From: an uncultured virus (IMG/VR IMGVR_UViG_3300034018_000714)
Taxonomy: Duplodnaviria > Heunggongvirae > Uroviricota > Caudoviricetes
Direction: 5' to 3' (one strand)
DNA: 64,000 nt
IMG/VR virus record: IMGVR_UViG_3300034018_000714
The notes under the pieces were generated by a model, which searched no databases, was not told the origin of the DNA, and saw only the letters and a program-made list of their open reading frames with translations. Numbering within the stretch: the stretch's first letter is position 1; each line of letters opens with the position of its first letter. Below, one piece after another: positions 59,912 to 64,000 of this stretch. The position numbers and the translations under genes were made by a program.

Positions 59912-61959
59912 TGTCTTACGGCGTTGTAACAACGCTTGATGAAGTTAGGGAAGCCGTAGCCGTTATCCAAGCCCACGGAGCCTTTGCATTTGATGTGGAG
60001 ACCCGTGGGAACTTGGAACGGCATCCCGACCTCTTAGAGTTTGTTGAATCAGATTGGAAGACACATCTTTCCAAGTTGAAGAGTCCTAGCCCAGAGATTG
60101 CTCGTAAGGCTAAGGAAAACATTGAGGCTAAATACCGCAGTGAACTTGCTCTTGACCCACTTCGTAATGAAGTGTTCTGGATCTCTCTTGCTACCTACGG
60201 TCATTCTTGGGCTATCCCAATGGGTCACCGTGTTGGTATCACTTTGGTACCAGAAGAAGTAGGTGATGGTTCTACAACACCTCCTGAGGGTTACCGAAAG
60301 AAGTTAAAGAACGGTGAGGAATCCATGGCTAAAGCCAAGTATGTGATTCCTGCTGTGATGTCTGAACCACCAGAGCAGTTAGATCGTTCTGAGGTGCTTG
60401 AGGTATTGCGACCATTGTTCTTTAGTGACGCTGTCAAGATTGGACACAATGTCAAGTTTGATGCTCGCTCTATTGGTAAGTACTACGGAGAGATTCCAGC
60501 GGGACCTTTCTTTGACACCATCTTAATGCAACACATCCTTGATGAGAACCTCATGAGTTACTCCATGGAGCAGGTAGTGCTCAACAACTTCCGTACACAT
60601 TCGCATGGTCGTGAAGGGAAGTTGGGCGCAATCATTGAGCGTGTTCCATTTGATAAAGCGGCACGCTATGTACACCTTGACGCTCGTTGGACATGGTCTC
60701 TTTACACACGCATGTGGAGACTCATTAGTGCTAATGAGGAGTTGGAGAAGGCATTCAAACTGGATGTTGAAGTTGTCCGTGTTCTGATGGAAATGGAAGA
60801 CAACGGAATCCTGGTGGATAGTCGTGCACTCAAGCGTTTAGGTAAAGAGTTAGATACCAAGTTGCGTGATGTAATTCTTGCTATCAGTGAGCATTCTTTT
60901 GTTGGGTTCAATCCTGACTCTAATCCACACAAGCAGGCTCTCTTATTCAACAAGAAGCGTGAAGGTGGTCTGGCGTTAAAGCCTGTGAAGAAGACAGCCA
61001 AGGGTGCTCCGTCTGTTGATGAAGAGTCACTCCAGAAGTTGAAGCATGAACATCCAGTGATCCCACTTCTCTTGGAATACTCTGAAACACAGAAACTTAA
61101 ATCAACATATGTTGATGGTCTTATCCCTAAGTTAAACAACAGTAAGTTGCACCCATCATTTCACCTGCACCGAACAGCAACGGGTCGTCTGTCCTCTAGT
61201 AACCCAAACCTTCAAAACATTCCACGCTCATCCAGTATCCGTAGTTTGTTCGTTGCACCTGAGGGTCATCAGTTGCTTGTGGCTGACTACGACCAAATTG
61301 AATTGCGTGTTATGGCGATGTTCTCTCAAGATAAGCAGTTGCTACGAATCTTTAGAAACAACGAGGACATTCACGCAGGAGCAGCCGCATTGTTGTTTAA
61401 GAAGCCACTTGAAGAAGTGACTAATGAAGAACGACAGATTGGTAAGGGAGTTAACTTCCTCACTGCATACGGTGGTGGACCACATAAGTTGGCAAACACC
61501 ACAGGCATCTCTGTAGATGATGCTCGTGAAATGATTGACCAGTACTACAAGCAGTTCGCAGGTCTTACCGAATGGAAACACCGTGTGATTGAAACAGGAA
61601 GAAGGAAAGGTTTTGTTTCCACCATTGCTGGTCGCCGTAGGCGATTGCCTGATCTTAATGACAACAATGACTACACAAGGTCACGGGCTGAGAGACAGGC
61701 TGTCAATGCTGTTGTCCAGGGTTCTGCGGCTGATATCTGTAAAGAAGCCATGGTAGACATCGCAAAGGTGTTGAGGAACACTGGAGCAAATTTACTTGTA
61801 CAAGTTCATGACGAACTTGTGGTCTCTGTACCAGACGACATCATTGAAGAATTAACCCCCAAGTTCATGGAAGCCATGGGTCATGGTCGTATCGTTAGTG
61901 GTGTACCACTCGTTGTATCAGCAGATACGGCGTATAGTTGGGCGGAGGCTAAAGGATGA
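59911..61959 (+). CDS. polA: Family A DNA polymerase with 3'-5' exonuclease
   Basis: FDVET, GHNVKFD, TATGRLSSSNPNLQNIP, ADYDQIELR, K.VNF...YG, VQGSAADI, QVHDEL. Confidence 0.95.
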   Translation: MSYGVVTTLDEVREAVAVIQAHGAFAFDVETRGNLERHPDLLEFVESDWKTHLSKLKSPSPEIARKAKENIEAKYRSELALDPLRNEVFWISLATYGHSWAIPMGHRVGITLVPEEVGDGSTTPPEGYRKKLKNGEESMAKAKYVIPAVMSEPPEQLDRSEVLEVLRPLFFSDAVKIGHNVKFDARSIGKYYGEIPAGPFFDTILMQHILDENLMSYSMEQVVLNNFRTHSHGREGKLGAIIERVPFDKAARYVHLDARWTWSLYTRMWRLISANEELEKAFKLDVEVVRVLMEMEDNGILVDSRALKRLGKELDTKLRDVILAISEHSFVGFNPDSNPHKQALLFNKKREGGLALKPVKKTAKGAPSVDEESLQKLKHEHPVIPLLLEYSETQKLKSTYVDGLIPKLNNSKLHPSFHLHRTATGRLSSSNPNLQNIPRSSSIRSLFVAPEGHQLLVADYDQIELRVMAMFSQDKQLLRIFRNNEDIHAGAAALLFKKPLEEVTNEERQIGKGVNFLTAYGGGPHKLANTTGISVDDAREMIDQYYKQFAGLTEWKHRVIETGRRKGFVSTIAGRRRRLPDLNDNNDYTRSRAERQAVNAVVQGSAADICKEAMVDIAKVLRNTGANLLVQVHDELVVSVPDDIIEELTPKFMEAMGHGRIVSGVPLVVSADTAYSWAEAKG

Positions 61960-62324
61960 GTGCAATTGACAGGAGAATGTATTATCTGATGCTTTCCCCT
62001 TCTATGGGTCAAGGTTTTGCAGAAGATGTTGGTTTCTCCACACCTTCAGAAGAAGTACAAGAAGCGGAGACATACGAGGTAATTTCTCGCTGGGCTTTAC
62101 TTACTTCTATGGGGTTGCTTGAAGAAATAATTCAATGTTCTGATTGGTTCTGTGAACTAAAGGACATCCATGAATTGTCTGAAGAAACTAAAGATGAGTT
62201 TCATAGAACACTTGTTTCACACGGCGTTGCTCTTGTGAATAAACTGTTGGACTCAGAAAAAGTTATTTTAATGCTGGAAGACACAGACCTACTTGATCTT
62301 GAAGGAGATGATTACGATGACTGA
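61956..62324 (+). CDS. Acidic hypothetical protein
   Basis: ORF track; ATGA overlap. Confidence 0.7.
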   Translation: MSAIDRRMYYLMLSPSMGQGFAEDVGFSTPSEEVQEAETYEVISRWALLTSMGLLEEIIQCSDWFCELKDIHELSEETKDEFHRTLVSHGVALVNKLLDSEKVILMLEDTDLLDLEGDDYDD

Positions 62325-62721
62325 TTGGTGGTCAAAGAAACTTGCTGGAGAGAACCCAACTCCACAGCGTTCACTTACAACTCCCCCCACTTCTCCTCCT
62401 TTGCGTATTCCTACATCTACTCCGATGCAGTCTCCACAACAGCAACAACAGAATGTTGTGCAACAAGGTGGTCGTCAAGAGTTACTTGACCCAAGCCGTG
62501 GAGCCAATGAGCAGATTGATATGAGCACTGCAATTCGTATGTGGCAAGGTGGGGAAGCCACACGAAAAGAAGGTAACATGACCTGCCCAGATTGCGGAAG
62601 CATTTATGTTTTCAGCAGAACGGGGCGTGGTCATAACACCATGATTAACGGTGCAAGCCCAGCACCACGCTGTTACGAGTGTGGTTGGAACGGCATGTAC
62701 GATCAAGCACTACCGAGGTAA
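62317..62721 (+). CDS. Zinc-ribbon protein
   Basis: CPDCGS...RCYECGW; RBS aaggag. Confidence 0.75.
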   Translation: MTDWWSKKLAGENPTPQRSLTTPPTSPPLRIPTSTPMQSPQQQQQNVVQQGGRQELLDPSRGANEQIDMSTAIRMWQGGEATRKEGNMTCPDCGSIYVFSRTGRGHNTMINGASPAPRCYECGWNGMYDQALPR

Positions 62722-62725
62722 CAAA

Positions 62726-63745
62726 ATGTCAGAATACGAATCACTTCAATCCATCATCGCATCAGTTAAGAAGAAGTACGGTGATGGAAGTATCGTCCGA
62801 GGTTCTGATGTTCGTGAGATGATCCCACGCATCACCACTGGTGTCTTGTCCTACGACTTAATGCTTGGCGGAGGTTGGCCTGTTAACCAGTGGAGTGAAA
62901 TCATCGGTGAAGAGTCATCAGGTAAGACCGCTATGGCATTCAAGACCATTGCGGCTAACCAAGCACTTGACCCAGAGTTTTGCGCCATGTGGATTGCGGC
63001 TGAGGACTTTGTTCCTGAGTATGCAAAGGCAATTGGCGTAGACCTTGATCGCCTCTGGATTGTAGAGAACAACATCATGGAGCAGGTGTATGACCTTGCT
63101 ATCCGTGCGCTGGACAACCGTGCAGTTGACATGATTGTTATTGACTCTTTGCCTGCGCTTGTTCCAGACGCAGAAGCAGAGAAGATGATGGAAGAGTTCA
63201 CCGTTGGTCTTGGTGCTCGCCTTACTGGCAAATTCTTCCGCAAGTCTTCTAAGTCACAGAAGCGTTCATTGATTGAAGACGACCGTGGTTGCACTGGTCT
63301 CATTATTAACCAGTGGCGTGAGAAGATCGGCGTTATGTGGGGAGACAACCGCACCACACCAGGTGGTAAAGCAAAGAACTTTCACTACTTCTGTCGTGTT
63401 GAAGTCAAGCGTGATGAATGGCTCAAGGAGAAAGACGAAACCGTTGGTCAGTCAGTCAAGGGTCGTACCATCAAGAACAAGACACACCGCCCACAGCAGT
63501 CAGCCATTGTTGACTTCTACTTTGCAGATGCAACTAACTTTGAGTTTGGCGACTTTGATGTCATCAAGGACATGGTAAACATCGGCATTGCATCCAACAT
63601 CATTGAGCGTGCAGGTGCGTTCTACTCATACGGTGGAGAGCGTTGGCAGGGTAAGGACAAGGCACTTGCTGGTGTCCGTGAAGACCTTGACATGCAAGCA
63701 AGCCTTCGCAAGGATGTCTTTGAGAAGCACGGTATTGAACTGTGA
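62726..63745 (+). CDS. recA: RecA-family recombinase
   Basis: TG..S.D.MLGGG.P, EIIGEESSGKT, VIDSL.ALVP, INQWREKIGVMWG...TTPGG. Confidence 0.95.
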   Translation: MSEYESLQSIIASVKKKYGDGSIVRGSDVREMIPRITTGVLSYDLMLGGGWPVNQWSEIIGEESSGKTAMAFKTIAANQALDPEFCAMWIAAEDFVPEYAKAIGVDLDRLWIVENNIMEQVYDLAIRALDNRAVDMIVIDSLPALVPDAEAEKMMEEFTVGLGARLTGKFFRKSSKSQKRSLIEDDRGCTGLIINQWREKIGVMWGDNRTTPGGKAKNFHYFCRVEVKRDEWLKEKDETVGQSVKGRTIKNKTHRPQQSAIVDFYFADATNFEFGDFDVIKDMVNIGIASNIIERAGAFYSYGGERWQGKDKALAGVREDLDMQASLRKDVFEKHGIEL

Positions 63746-64000
63746 ACCTTGAAGATAAGCGCCAGATCATGAAGACTTCTCGTAAGCAAGAGCAGAGAAC
63801 TGCTGACACTTACAAGGGAAGCCGTAATGCTGGCTCAGGCTCTTTCTGGTTGCGTAAGAACGATGTGCGTTCAGCAGAGTTTTTATTTGAAAACAAGTTC
63901 ACTACTAACAAGAAGTCCATCACCTTAAAAGAGGTTGACCTTCGTGAGTTGGTTGAACGAGCAATCGTAGAAGACAGGATGCCAGTGCTTCAGTTTGACC
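63742..64000 (+). CDS. PD-(D/E)xK nuclease, probable Holliday-junction resolvase (truncated by window end)
   Basis: Hand translation S.KQE.R.A...GS.N.GSG...K.DV...FLFENK.T...SITLK. Confidence 0.75.
   Translation, partial: MNLEDKRQIMKTSRKQEQRTADTYKGSRNAGSGSFWLRKNDVRSAEFLFENKFTTNKKSITLKEVDLRELVERAIVEDRMPVLQFD

Noticed and set aside
59911..61959. Intein or intron in PolA, terminase, helicase or RecA
   Set aside because: No C...HN splice motifs or homing endonuclease; ORFs are uninterrupted and of normal size

Overview
The window is a contiguous ~64 kb segment of a lytic-type, contractile-tailed (myovirus-like) dsDNA phage; almost all genes lie on the + strand. An actinobacterial, possibly freshwater, host is inferred from pervasive leaderless -10 promoters, M15-type peptidases and gene content, and is not proven. 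Order: non-coding left end with four CRP-like boxes (1-520); an array of ~20 short genes (533-9594); surface protein, collagen fibres, glycosyltransferase and a lysin candidate (9.6-21.4 kb); terminase, Ntn-hydrolase, portal, scaffold and N4-gp56-like capsid (22.7-33.2 kb); neck, sheath, tube, tape measure and baseplate (33.5-50.3 kb); a minus-strand Dps/basic-protein operon (51.4-52.5 kb); and a replication module (initiator with internal iterons, loader, DnaB, primase, SNF2, SSB, PolA, RecA, resolvase). The strongest candidate for an undescribed system is the 0.5-9.6 kb array. It contains single-domain ADP-ribosyltransferase-like, ParB/Srx-like, GNAT-like and zincin proteins, resembling a polyvalent protein broken into separate genes. 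Many have their own TANNNT-N6-start leaderless promoter, and they carry shared short terminal peptide tags (NPxQ[FL], GPQ[FW], QxxLF) across unrelated domains. All product calls come from motif recognition by eye; no database searches were run.
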